DNA of 62,673 nt, counting the filler, from Choristocarpus tenellus KU-1152 (lineage: Eukaryota > Protista > Phaeophyceae): assembly GCA_964200185.2 (NCBI GenBank). It is 12 parts of 12 records of this genome, joined end to end, with 100 filler letters (N's around TTAATTAATTAA, not from the genome) between each part and the next. Parts side by side here need not be neighbours in the genome. Positions count along the whole stretch, not along the records: positions 26,828 to 39,612 come from CAXNAD020001705.1; positions 39,713 to 43,461 come from CAXNAD020018167.1; positions 43,562 to 48,868 come from CAXNAD020011207.1; positions 48,969 to 55,581 come from CAXNAD020007752.1; 8 more parts are not named here. One strand, given 5' to 3'. Numbering within the stretch: position 1 is the stretch's first letter; each line of letters opens with the position of its first letter. Below are positions 39,245-51,249 of the stretch, piece by piece. Below the pieces are notes generated by a model that was given only the letters and a program-made list of their open reading frames with translations, did no database searches and was not told the origin of the DNA. The position numbers and the translations under genes are program-made.

Positions 39245-39590
39245 TTGCGCCTTGATGATAAAATATCACCTCTCCAGGAAACAAAGACAACGCCCATTTC
39301 CTGCGCTCAACAAGGAAATGTGATAGTTAAGGCTCCAACACTGCGAATCCTGTACCTGTATATGAACCATGGGAAAGACCATCAAACGGCGCTCGAGATG
39401 GCAGCAGGATATGCGATGGTCAGGTCGGAAACTGTGAGTAAATGAGAGAGAGAGACTTCCTAACTAAGGGCCACATCAAGGTGTCGGAGCAAGGGCGCTA
39501 TGAGAGGCGTTTCGTCCTGGGTCTCGATGAGGACATCCTTGACAAGGTCAAAGACTGGGTGCACGAACACACAGGAAGAAAGGATGGAGA
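39245..39590 (+). pseudogene. Possible IS630/Tc1-like transposase N-terminal relic, interrupted by MITE A
   Basis: AAGYAMVRSETVSK*ERDFLTKGHIKVSEQGRYERRFVLGLDEDILDKVKDWV resembles the W..F...G....S.QG.H....L.DEDV...W helix-turn-helix region; no catalytic domain is visible. Confidence 0.3.
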
Positions 39591-39612
39591 GGGTCAAAGT
39601 ATCTGGGGGGGG
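39591..39612 (+). mobile_element. MITE family A terminus at contig end
   Basis: GGGTCAAAGTATCTGGGGGGG. Confidence 0.75.
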
Positions 39613-39712
39613 NNNNNNNNNNNNNNNNNNNNNNNNNNNNNNNNNNNNNNNNNNNNTTAATTAATTAANNNNNNNNNNNNNNNNNNNNNNNNNNNNNNNN
39701 NNNNNNNNNNNN

Positions 39713-39901
39713 GCTCAAAGTATCTGGAGATGAGGGGGGGGGGGGGATTCTACACCAGGGTGTCCGTTCGGGCCCTGACCAGGAAAGGTGCACATACACT
39801 ATTCATCTGACACATTCAACCATATCACCCAAAAATTACGACAACATGGAAAAATGGGCCCCGAATGGACAGTCGCCACCCCCCTCCAGATACTTTGAGC
39901 C
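39713..39901 (+). mobile_element. MITE family A, essentially complete
   Basis: Perfect inverted ends GCTCAAAGTATCTGG / CCAGATACTTTGAGC(C), with G/C tracts just inside. Confidence 0.92.
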
Positions 39902-40268
39902 CAGTGTGGTACAAATAGTATGTACTGGAGTTTGTGTTACGGTCATGTACTACTGCAGCGTACGAATTATATTAACTTCACACATATTTTGAACTGCGGT
40001 ACTACTATTGTACATGGTACAATGTGTAAGTAGTACTAGGAATCACGCTACAGCTACTACAACTCTACATGAAGATTGGTATACACTTCAGAGTAAATCC
40101 TACTTGTAGTTACTCAGAGTACTTACTTACTCCATAGTAACTATATGTTGACTAACCTCACCATTGCTTTATATATGTGCGGGCTTCAAAATGGTCTCTG
40201 TGTGCCAGTGTGTAGAGGGGGTGGACAAACAGTACTCTTCCAGGATGTATTGTCAGTTAAGGTCTCAC

Positions 40269-41045
40269 CTGGACAGCTTGCATGTAAAGGGTTTTCAGCA
40301 TCACTTCACAGTTTTCTCGGATGTTGTCCCCTGCATTCTCCCACGCTCGTAGCCTTACAGTCTCTCCGGCACGAAGTCTTCTCTTGATGTCTCTTACCAA
40401 ACACGACCTATTACTTTTGTCCAGGCATGAGTTACGGTAATTGAGGTTGTCGAAAGTCCATACCCATTCGACGTTGGGTCGGGACCTTCCCTGACTTGAC
40501 CCTCCCCAACTCTCTCCTCTTCCCTCATTGTTGGAGGTATCGCTCACAGGCGTTCCTATTTCGTATTGACTGTCCACTGTATGCCTCGATCGATGTCTCC
40601 ACAGTTGGTAAGCTGTGTCTTCCTCCGCTTCCTGTGCCCGTTGTCTTCTATAGACCATCCGCACAGTCGACAAATTCGTGCCACCTCGCAGTAAGTAATT
40701 GATCGCTTCTTCGGCCAGAGGATCATATTCGCTGCCACCCATGGACGGAACTAGCTTACGCCCGTTCTTCCGGATGAGTTTATGCTGGGATCGCGATGAG
40801 CTTTGCACCTGGGTGTTATATGGCGAAGCGATGTTTGATACATCAGCCTTTTTTCCTTCTCGCTCCTTCCGCTTGTCGATGAGTTCTGTGTGTCCCTGGT
40901 CTTGGGTGGAGGGTGCACCCACTGTGTAGCCGTGGACAAGATCTTGTCGGTTGTTATACGCTTTTGCAAGACGTTTAAATTCGCAATACGGATCGACAGA
41001 GGGCAGTGAAAGGCCTTGCTGATGTTTTCTGTGCGACCTGGACAT
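40269..41045 (-). CDS. Unknown protein, probable first exon (259 codons)
   Basis: Longest ORF in the window; runs from ATG 41045 to a CAG|GTGAGA donor at 40269; hydrophilic, no recognisable domain. Confidence 0.5.
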
Positions 41046-42387
41046 GTACAAGCAGTAGTAGTAGTGTACAATGCAATAATTAGTCATGCAAGAACTTCCT
41101 TTTTCTGGTGAAAGACATAAAATTTTACATTGATTATTTCGATACTACTGTTGCCGTTTCACCGTCCACACAGAATCCCTCACAATTGTTTTGTTCCTAC
41201 AATTAGTAATCTAGTACAAAAAGCAGGACAGACCAGTACAAGGTCTTCTGACCTCTACGTTCCTACTATTTTCCAGATAAAAAAACGGAAGCGGGTTGGA
41301 CACCACCAAATAAACTATGGTGGATGTGTTTCCAAGATCTTGAATTCAGAAGTTGTTTGTTGGATGACGGCAAATCGTCTCAAATCGTTCGTGGATGAGT
41401 GGCACCAGAGAGGGGCAGTGATAGCTGAAGTCATGCTAAGTAAGGCAGCAGAAAGGTAGCTGAAGTAGGTCAGGACCTCGAACTCAGTCCACATTGCTAA
41501 TCCCATTGGTTTCTTTCCCTATCATCAGATTGTTTAGTCTTGAGTCCCTTTCCTTTTTCTCCCAACTGCTATATGATTAGTGCTGGTGGTTTTCACATAA
41601 TAGGATGGGGTGAGATGTAACCACTTCATATATTCGCTGTTTTCTCTCTTTTTAGTAAGGTCTGTCTGGTGATGGTATATCAGCGTGGATGACACACACC
41701 CCATTCTGTACTGATTTTATCTCGTTTCTTCTTGTTCTTATAACCTTTTTTTCGGGGCATTTCTTATCAACAAAATTAATGGAGAAATTATTTCTAGTTG
41801 TATTGCTTAATTTGTAGGTTACCTTTTTGACAACAGCAATAGGACTCCTCACACCGATGAGTATTTTTTATAACAATACGAAAAATAATATGTAATTAGA
41901 GCAGTGCTCCTTTTCACCCCCCTCTGCCGAGATCATTGTTGTTACTACTCCTATAAAATTGGTACATTGCCTCAAATTTCATGCTCCACCTAACTCAAGT
42001 GCTGATATTTGGGGTCAAGTGGGAGGGGGGTACACACCATTTACATGAAATGTCCACCTCCACACCTGCATATTGATTACCATTAATTTATAGAGCACGC
42101 ACGAAAAATTGGGGATGGAGGGAGGGTAGGGGCATAGGCAGAACAATTTGTGCAGAAAATGGAAAAGGGAGGAGATCACTTTCTCCAAAGACAAGAAAAA
42201 GAAGAGGATCAGTCAGGGACGTAGTCGTATTATACATATATATGCTGGGTATAGTATTGTCATCTATCAACGGGCTTGTGGCATGAGAAAACAAAAAGAG
42301 GCATCAAAATGGAATATATATATTACCAAGGTAGGGCAGGACTGTGAAAAAATAATTGGTCACGGAAGGGATGGAGGAGCATGAACA

Positions 42388-42900
42388 TTACAATACTACA
42401 AAATGTGTCTTGAAATGTAATAGGATAGTACGTGTTTTAATCATAAAAAAGAGGATGAATAGAAAAAATGGGCTTAGCATCAGCAAGTTGAGAGGACCGA
42501 AATGGGCATCCATGATAGGGGTGGGTATTTGTCTGGGTGCCAATTGAGGCGCTACTTCCATACTCCAAACGTTAAGGGCGGTTTGGATCATGGAGTCATT
42601 GTTGGTGGGATTTGAAGGTCGACAGGGGCACAATACCAACTGGTCACGGTAACGGAACTGAACAAGATGGTGGAATGAACGAACAGGACCATTAACATCG
42701 GATAGGGTGTCTACCATTGGAAGGAGCATTGACAAAAAATGTGCACATCAAGGATGTTAATGTCCAGAAGGTAAGGATTGAAGATCGAAGGGCTGTTATG
42801 CACTAGGGGCATGTGGAGCACAGGAAGAAATTTCTCCACAGAAAAACATCTCTATCGTGGTCAAAACATGTCGGTGTTGCTAGGGGTTGGGGGCACCGTA
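42388..42900 (-). pseudogene. Degenerate pogo/DDE_1 transposase relic
   Basis: NNDSMIQTALNVW...PRQIPTPIMDAH matches the DDE_1 pattern N.wM....F..W....LilD.H. Confidence 0.4.
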
Positions 42901-43010
42901 AAGAACATGGAACAACTGAGGGGGGGGAAAGTTTATAATCCCGTAGAAAATACCGTAATCACGACTTCAAAACTTGCACACCTTTTTGGCCTTTCCCGAA
43001 ATTTCTGTGA

Positions 43011-43272
43011 GAGTGAAAGTATCTTAGAGGGTACGAGTTTTTCCCCGTTTGCTTATTTGGGGCTTGGCCTCCCCCACAGGCTTTTTTGTGACATTTTTCC
43101 TACTCCGAAATGTTTCGGAGTAGGTAAAATGCATACGTTATGAAAAGTTATATCCAGAACAAGGATATAGACATCTCCTAGCAAACATGATAGCCAAAAT
43201 TACATCAAAATTGCATCGTTGGATTTTGGCCCCCGAATGGACGCGGTTCTACCCTCTCAGATTCTTTGACTC
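43011..43272 (+). mobile_element. MITE family B, complete, TSD GTGA
   Basis: GTGA|GAGTGAAAGTATCTTAGAGGGTA ... TACCCTCTCAGATTCTTTGACTC|GTGA. Confidence 0.95.
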
Positions 43273-43393
43273 GTGATGAAAAGTACTATATTACAATATG
43301 CTCCAAAAAAGTATGGGAAATGGTAACAACAGTGTAGCTGGAAGATTGGAGAACTGTGGGAGAGTGCAGAAAATACAATGAGTTTTAATAATT

Positions 43394-43461
43394 GGCTCAA
43401 AGTATCTGGGGGGGGTGGCGGCTGTCCATTTGGGGTCAATTTTTCCATGTCGTGATTTTTG
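43394..43461 (-). mobile_element. MITE family A, truncated
   Basis: GGCTCAAAGTATCTG(n)TGGCGGCTGTCCATTTGGGG. Confidence 0.8.
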
Positions 43462-43561
43462 NNNNNNNNNNNNNNNNNNNNNNNNNNNNNNNNNNNNNNN
43501 NNNNNTTAATTAATTAANNNNNNNNNNNNNNNNNNNNNNNNNNNNNNNNNNNNNNNNNNNN

Positions 43562-43634
43562 CATCAAAATCGCAACTTTGGATTTTGGCCCTCAAATGGA
43601 CGCGGCTCTACTACCCTCTAAGATAATTTGGCTC
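43562..43634 (+). mobile_element. MITE family B right end
   Basis: ...AAATGGACGCGG...TACCCTCTAAGATAATTTGGCTC. Confidence 0.8.
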
Positions 43635-44098
43635 CATGTGACATGTGTCAAGCGAAAAATGTTGCGATAGATCGGTTTGACCCAATGGGTGGAGAGATGT
43701 ACCCGTTCAGGGCAGCGCAAGAGCAGCATCGACCACTACGACCTTCAAGGGGTAGAGCAAAGTTCCTCCTCCCGTCTGTAGAATTGCGGCATACATCTTG
43801 TATGGGACCAATGGGAGACTTTTGACACTTCGAACACAGCATGGACATCAACTCTCTCGGTCTCTACTACTGTCATGAATCTTGCCACAAGAGTATCTAC
43901 ATTCCATGCAAGTCAGACAAAGCAAAGGTGTCCTTGAAGAAAAGAGAGCTAGCTCCCCCCAAGCATTGGAAACATCAGGTGGGAATCAAGTTGGCACAAA
44001 ACTCGTGCTATGTCACACACATAGCATGTGGTGCCCTTGCCAAAACTTCTTCATCCCCTAGAGAGATGCACAGGTGAAAGTTCCGACTCAAACCGCAC

Positions 44099-47000
44099 CT
44101 GCAAAAGCTGAAGAGAGGTCTCTGCCCCCGTTGCCCACAACGTGAAGTCCCCGAGGACGATATCGTCGTAGTAGCTCTGAATAGCCTTTTCCATGTCGAG
44201 CACATCTTCCTGAAGCTTGGGTGTTTGGGACTTCCGCCACCAAGCACCACGATGCGATTGACCCATTGACCCGAACACAGAGTGTAGAAGCTGAGGTTAG
44301 TACGTAGCTCTTCGATTTTGAGACAGTTATACGGACAGAAACCATTGCCTACCGTCAAGAGGAATCATCAACAATTCATCGGAGAGTCGGCTCTGCAATG
44401 AACTACGGTGAAATTATCTTAGAGGGTACGAGTTCTACCATGTTTTTCCGTTTAGGGCTCGGCTTCCCACAGCATTTTTATGACATTTTTCCTACTCCAA
44501 AGTGTTTCGGAGTAGGAAAAATGTATTTGTTACGAAAACGTGGGTGTCCGGAACAAGCATATTGACACTTCCTAGCAAACACGATAGCCAATATTTCATC
44601 AAAAACCGAAACATTAGGTTTTGGCCAACAAACCGGCGCGACTTTACCCTCTAAGATACTTTACTCTCTAAGAGGGGACTGTATGTATGTAGTGCTGGGT
44701 GGAGGACTGTGGCTCTAAAAAAAAAAAGACAACGAGTGTTATTTGGGGACAATATTTTGCGTTGTCTCTGCGAAATTCCCAACAACTGTGAACACCCCTG
44801 CTGGTCTTCAAGGATTGACAGTAGCACCCCCTTGTACACACACTGTCACCCTACGTCGGCTAACGCCATGAACATTGTTCTTGGTAAGGGCGACAATTCC
44901 TGAGTTGAGACAAGTGTGACCTTGTTCTAAGCAGAGGGCAGCAACGGTTTGCTTGTCCCCCGTATGGGAAGTGTTCACTACTGAGGATGGGCGGTCTGCA
45001 TGAGTCTCTACATTTTTCAATTATGCATTCAGTGGTGGGATTGTAAGGACTAGATTCCTTCCAGGCATAGGGGGGATTTCTTGCCAAGGGCTGAGAGAGA
45101 GCCTTGGGGTGCTATTTGTAAGAGTCCTCAGTACGTTCTTGATGAGTGAAATTATCTTAGAGGGTACGAGCTTTGCCTGTTTGTCCATTTGGGGTTTGGC
45201 TTCCCACGGACTTTTACAACATTTTACCTACAAAATGTTTTAGAGTAGGTAAAATGTATACGTTATGAAAAGGTGTGTCCAGAACAAGGATATTGGCACT
45301 TCCTAACAAAACACGATAGCCAAAATTACATCAAAATTGCAACATTGGATTTTGGCCTCCAATCGGACGCTGGCCTACCCTCTAAGATACAATGACTCTG
45401 ATCTCAATTGCTGAAGACTCAGGGAACACTTCACTTGGACTAGCTACATGAAAAGAGCAGATATACCCCCACTGTAAATTGCAATGTAGAATGTACCATA
45501 GCAATGTGGAAAGTACCTTCAGAAGAGGACCCATCCGTAGCTCCACCTCAGGCACGATCATCTCAAGATCTTTCATGAGCGACACCACTCGACTCATCTG
45601 AACCTCCATCCCCGAGACCTGAGCGATTGTTTGATGAATAACCAGGCCTTATTCAGTAGGGAGGGACGCTTCATTCTAGCCCACTAGCACTTCGGAGACG
45701 GTTTGGGCTTACGTAGTATCATGGGACATTGACTGTCCCACCAGTAGGTCTTGCAATCAAGGAAGGGGTTTCTTTTGACTGTCTGGACGGGCAGTTACAG
45801 ACCTACCTATACACACCTGTATCATCTCCTTCTTCAGTTGTGCAATTGTAGCAAGACTCCGATCCATCAACAGTTGTATCTCCTGCTTTTGCTCGTGGTA
45901 GTGGAGCAGCTGTTTTTTGACTGACACTATCCTATCGAAGACCTGCTTCTGGCTAGAGGAGCTTACCTCTTTGACTTTAATCCCCTCCTTCACCTTCCAA
46001 GTGTGAGAATAACAATTAGAGGTTAGTTTCAGAACAATTTCTCTGCTGGGTTTGTTACGAGATCAAAACGTGCTGAACTAAATGGACTACAGAATGATTG
46101 ATAGGAGTCGCGAACGACCCTCACATCGTTTTCAATGGGATGATAGTGTGTGAACACATGAAAGAAGACAAGTGATTGAGCAAGCAAGGCGAACTCTCCA
46201 GGACTCCAAGCTCGTATTGATTGCAGCATTTGAAGAGCTATACAGCTTTCATGCCCTACAACCCTGCTGCTTTGACAAGAACGGAAGAGAGGTGACTGTA
46301 ATCTCTCAGTTACCTTGGTGGTGAATTGAAGCAGCATTTCCACATCCGCCTGAGTCTTCTCTATCATTGAAGGGCCCGACATGGTGTTATTTTCAGCAGG
46401 CTGACCACGCTGAAACTCCGCCATAACAGGTGACCCCCTAACCGGACCAGCCACTCCACAAAAAGTGCCCATGAAATTGACAGATATTTCGTATTCGCCC
46501 GGAGCAGGTGGGACCCAACCAACCAGGTAGGTTCCATCCTCAAGGTCCTCAAATCGCCGTACCTGTGAATGTAACGGGAGTACATATATCATGGACCAGG
46601 GCAACATAATTTGTGTACAGATATGTCAATTTCATGATAGGTACACCCTTCTTGTGCGATAGCATACCAAATGTTCCTGTCCTATTACATCATATCCAAT
46701 TCATTAAACAAGCTCAGCTGTTGAGCAGTGTATTCCTAGTCCCACCAACGCAACCAGATGCTTCCACTGTCACTATTAACAGCCTTGTTTGTGTAACCAT
46801 TGATCAATGAGAAAGTAAAGATGGGCCATTACTCTCTTATTCGGGTTTGTTTGGTGGGGTGCTACTGTATACTCACCGCTACTCTTGACCTCTTGATGTC
46901 TCCATCCAGCTCCTCTTCCTCCTCTGGGTCATCTTCAGGCAGGTAAAAAATACTTATTTCAAACTCATCTCCTCCAAAGTGACGATCTTGATTATTGCTA

Positions 47001-48434
47001 TCCCTTGCCTATAACAAAAATGTGAAACATACAAGGTAGAGTATACCAGGTCAGTCTGATACAGCAGCATTACCAACATGTGAACAGGACAAAGGCTCGG
47101 GTGTAGCATTGCGTGCGCAACATGTATTGCTTGCATTAATTAAGGGGACAAAATCAAGTATTCTATGAGGCTCAGCCCTAACCCTAACCCTAACAGATAG
47201 AAAGTGCCTAAGTATGCTTGGGCCTGTATGTAATAGAACCCATTACACTCAACTCGAACTCTTACAACAGACTTGTGCTCTTGTCATACCGTTGCCATCA
47301 CGGTTTCACGTCCATAGTATCCTAGACGGGAGTTAATGCATCCTCTCTGCAGTAATTTTCATGTCATACGAGTTATCGTGTCAGATCAAAAGGGATGTTT
47401 CCTTCGTCTGGATGCATCTTCTTTTTCCATCCCGCTGCCTGGACCAAATCTTAAGGAAACTCAAAACAGGATTCATACTGAGATATTTTTCAAAAGTCCA
47501 TCAAGCTCCGAATAGACAACCTGGTCTCCCCCCCCACCCCTCACCCTCTAGGATACTATGGGTCCCTTTCAGGTGCCGCACCTTCCCACGTCAAGATGAT
47601 TCAGTGAGTGGGAGGCCAACCCCATAAAAACAGTATCGACACCAATACCACTCCCAGCAGCAGAGTACTCTTAAGGAACGCCAGACATTAAGTATCCAAG
47701 GAGGTATGTAGACGTTGCACCTGAATGATGAAGGTAGTCTCCCGATCAGGAACACCCCCTCGCAGGATTCCTGGTCCGAACATAAAGCACATATTGGCAT
47801 TTGTTACGGGGAAGAAGGTGAAGTTTCCCTTGGTAGTGGTGAAAGTCTCCCCTGCTAGACAAACACGAACGTCGACTGTTCCCGGAAGGATCCCTGACTC
47901 GGTGAAGTCAGGCGTGACACAAGTCAGCTTTGACTGACTCACAAATGTGCCCTCCACATCCACATGTATCTTCCGGTTCGAGAATCTTACCTGGAAGGGG
48001 GGGGGAGTCAAGAATGGGACGGAGAGGTGCTTGGACAGTAGGTAGGTCTCAAAGCCTCCGTTGTTAAATCTTATGAAGCAGTGAGCAGCAGTTCTGGTAG
48101 TGTAACTGAATTTGCTCTCCATGCCATGGATGCGTTGTATTTGCGCGATTTGTAATACTCGATGAGGAAGACAAGAAGTTGACCTTTGAGAAAGCTACGA
48201 TGGTATGTGCAAGAAAGAATAGGTCCAAGGATATAAGCAACTCACGATGATGTCCTCCGTGTTGATGAAGTCGATCCCGAATATACTCAGCAGGGTGTTG
48301 CCTGTAATCGCCCCGTTGCTAGGGGTCAGGTCCATGATGGCATAGGGCGGCCCAACTATAGATCCAACATCCAATGTGAAACCGTCGCTAAACCATTGAT
48401 TCGCCCAACCGCCGTAGACGACAAGCTTGCCCCC
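44099..48434 (-). CDS. Outer-arm dynein alpha-type heavy chain, N-terminal exons (last kelch repeat, IPT/TIG, filamin, start of tail)
   Basis: Phase-0 exons 48434-48246, 47990-47721, 47008-46877, 46562-46314, 45993-45817, 45618-45517, 44230-44099. Translation GGWANQW...VGPPYA...DVRV...FGPGIL...FIIQARD...GGDEF...DLEDGTY...PVRGSP follows the Chlamydomonas ODA11 alpha-HC N-terminus as recalled. Confidence 0.85.
44406..44666 (+). mobile_element. MITE family B, in dynein intron
   Basis: ACTA|CGGTGAAATTATCTTAGAGGGTA ... TACCCTCTAAGATACTTTACTC|TCTA (3/4 TSD). Confidence 0.9.
45144..45398 (+). mobile_element. MITE family B, complete, TSD TGAT, same dynein intron
   Basis: TGAT|GAGTGAAATTATCTTAGAGGGTA ... 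TACCCTCTAAGATACAATGACTC|TGAT. Confidence 0.95.
47309..47564 (+). mobile_element. MITE family D (shares terminus with A/B), in dynein intron
   Basis: CGTCCATAGTATCCTAGA ... CCCTCTAGGATACTATGGGTC; interior homologous to 48548-48868. Confidence 0.75.
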
Positions 48435-48547
48435 CTGAACGAGAGAGAGAGAGTTTTTGAACAATAATATATGGATTGTAATACACGGGTTTACACTTAT
48501 CAACTACAATGCCGCTTTAGCTCTGCTCACCGTTTTTCTAGCGATTT

Positions 48548-48868
48548 GACCCCTATTATCCTAGAGGATTGGTTAGGTGTCCGTCCATTCGGGGCCTTTG
48601 TGACTCTGTAGTGATTTTGATGTCATTTGAGTGATAGTGTCAGGTGCAAGGGCAAGTTCCTTCATCTGGATACATCTTCCGCCCCCACCCCTGCCTGGAC
48701 CAAATCCGAAAAAAAATCATCCTTAAAAACGGGCATCAAAACTGGTGTGTTTTACAACACTCCATCAAGCTCTGAATGGACGACCTGGGCTAAACAACCC
48801 CCCCCCCAAGCCCCACCACCCCCCTCCCCCCCCCCCCCCACCCACACCCCCCCCCCCCCCCACCTAAA
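48548..48868 (+). mobile_element. MITE family D, truncated at poly-C/contig end
   Basis: GACCCCTATTATCCTAGAGG...CTGCCTGGACCAAATC...CCATCAAGCTCTGAATGGAC. Confidence 0.7.
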
Positions 48869-48968
48869 NNNNNNNNNNNNNNNNNNNNNNNNNNNNNNNN
48901 NNNNNNNNNNNNTTAATTAATTAANNNNNNNNNNNNNNNNNNNNNNNNNNNNNNNNNNNNNNNNNNNN

Positions 48969-48989
48969 CCCCCCCAGATACTTTGAGTC
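48969..48989 (+). mobile_element. MITE family A right terminus at contig start
   Basis: C(n)AGATACTTTGAGTC. Confidence 0.7.
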
Positions 48990-49272
48990 TGCTGTTGTAG
49001 GCGAAGGTTCTGTATATGATCGTTTCACGAACGCCACGATGAGCTTAAGGAAAATTGGTTGCATTGGGTTTAAGACTTTTCATTCAAATTATTTTTCAGC
49101 CCAGGCCGACCCCAACCTTGCCAATCCTATGTTTTGGAATCAAATTATTAAAGAAGATCAAAGTCAGTGACCTCGCATTTTGTCTATCCATCAAGGCATT
49201 GTCTATGGCCTGCGTTCTTGAGCATTATGGACCCACAATAAGAATATAGCGAGTTAACTTGGAGCTGTAACA

Positions 49273-49534
49273 GAGCCAAAGTATGCTAGAGGGTAGAGCC
49301 GGGTCCATTTGGGGGCCAAAATCCAATGTTGCGATTTTGATGTAATTTTGACTATCGTGTTTGTTAGCAAGTGTCAATATCCATGTTCCGGACACCTTTT
49401 CATAACATACATATTTTACCTGGCTGGTCCTAAACATTTTTTAGTACGAAAAATGACATAAAAGAACCCATGGGAAGCCAAGCCCCAAATGGACAAACAG
49501 GGCAAAACACGTACCCTCTGAGATACTTTCACTC
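49273..49534 (-). mobile_element. MITE family B, complete
   Basis: AACA|GAGCCAAAGTATGCTAGAGGGTA ... TACCCTCTGAGATACTTTCACTC|GACA (3/4 TSD). Confidence 0.9.
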
Positions 49535-50354
49535 GACATGGAGGACCTACCTGACTTGCCAGCGAATCAAATGGACAAAAAGTGGCTTCAGCCTGCACAC
49601 CAAATGGTCTTTTGTGGTTCCCAGCCTCCCGATAATATGACACCACCAACGAATTTAATTGGCTTCAGTGTCTATGGTGGCAGGGATTGCCATAAGGTTA
49701 AGTGGTATGTACGATCTGAGACTTTGGTGGCAAGTTGGGAAATATACCTGCTAATCCAAGGTAACTGAGGCTTCAAGGAACTTGTACTCTAGATTATTGC
49801 TTTAGGGGTCACCCTCAAAAGGGGGAACAACTCTGAGGGACATAGAATGGGAACATTGGTCGATTCACTTTGTTCATTTTTTCGGAGTTTGGGTAAGCTG
49901 GGACAGTTTTCTTGTGCAATTACTCTAGTCCGTTCATACTGTCACGTCCTTCACAGTCTCTTTCATTTAAATCACTTCTCTTCCCAGGTTGTAACTTGTC
50001 CTTCTAAATTACCTGTAAGTCTCTCGCAGCCGAAGGATTCCTTATCGGCAGGTGAGGACCTGCAGTTCCACTGCGACAACCATTTCTCTAGTCTGAGTTC
50101 CGGCCACTTATATAGCAACCACAAGCTGTTCAATGATTAGAGCAGGAATCAGGACCGAGCCTCGAATTTTAGGGGGAGGTATAGCGTCTTTGTCCAGCTT
50201 TCCCTACGCGTTCCACCCCTCCAGCGCTCACCCTCCCCCTCTTGCATCATCTTCCCAAATTCGATACAAATTGCCATAATAAACATGCGATCTAGACATG
50301 AGTTGGAAGATGTCGGAGACTACATTCTGGGAAGACTTTGGGACTACACCCACG

Positions 50355-50482
50355 CATATTGTCAGTTAAAGACCTATTAGTATTCAATCGTCGGATCTTG
50401 TACTAGTGTGCTTTCACTCATATTGTCAGTTAAAGACCTATTAGTATTCAATTGTCGGATCTTGTATTAGTGTGCTTTCACT
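50355..50482. repeat. 64-bp tandem duplication
   Basis: CATATTGTCAGTTAAAGACC...GTGTGCTTTCACT at 50355 and 50419. Confidence 0.9.
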
Positions 50483-51249
50483 CTGGAATGCGAAAAAACC
50501 TTACGTTTTGTTTTAATACTTGTACTTGACCAAATGGGGGTACAGATTGGGAGTGGTATGAGTGTGAGGCAAACGGCACAACCAAGTTCGTGGCTGAATG
50601 GCATTCCAACGGAGCTGGATAGTTAATGCACGTCACTCCAAAGAAGGAGGTAAGACCCTTCAAGTTCCCAGCACAAGGTGATTTCTCTTGCATCCTATGT
50701 TTATTTCCCTTCACCTCATGTTTTTTGGGGGGGTCTTCTCTTTTCTATTATATTTCACTGTCTCATTTTTCTATTATAGTCCTTCTTGCCTTTATATTTC
50801 TTCTTTGGACTACCTTTTCGACCACACTTCTAAAATTCCTCGAACTAATGGGATGATAACGAAGGTAAAAGATTACATTATGTATTGTTTGGAATGAGAT
50901 AAGAACTCAATTCATTCCATTCTGTATTCCTCATAACAAATTTTGAGCTTCAGTGATGCCAGTGTAGAGTGGGTAACACATCTATGGTCAGAGGAAATAT
51001 TCGATTGAGGAAATGGTCTACTGTGTATCATATAATTCCCGACAAGGATATGTAACAGTGCCCCTTCTCTCCATGATGTATGAACTTTCCCGTTTTTCCT
51101 GATATTTTTTATTTTTCGGTGTATAGCTCCTTGCTCTGTATGACTGTGTTATGTTTTGTGTACGTTTTTTTTAAATATATATTTTTCCTGACAACATCTT
51201 TCGGAATCATCAATACTTTATGTTATGGGAAACAACTCCTGTAGACAGT

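Noticed and set aside
33222-47564. MITEs as intron-generating elements (introners)
   Set aside because: In every modelled gene the MITE ends lie inside larger introns and do not coincide with splice sites.
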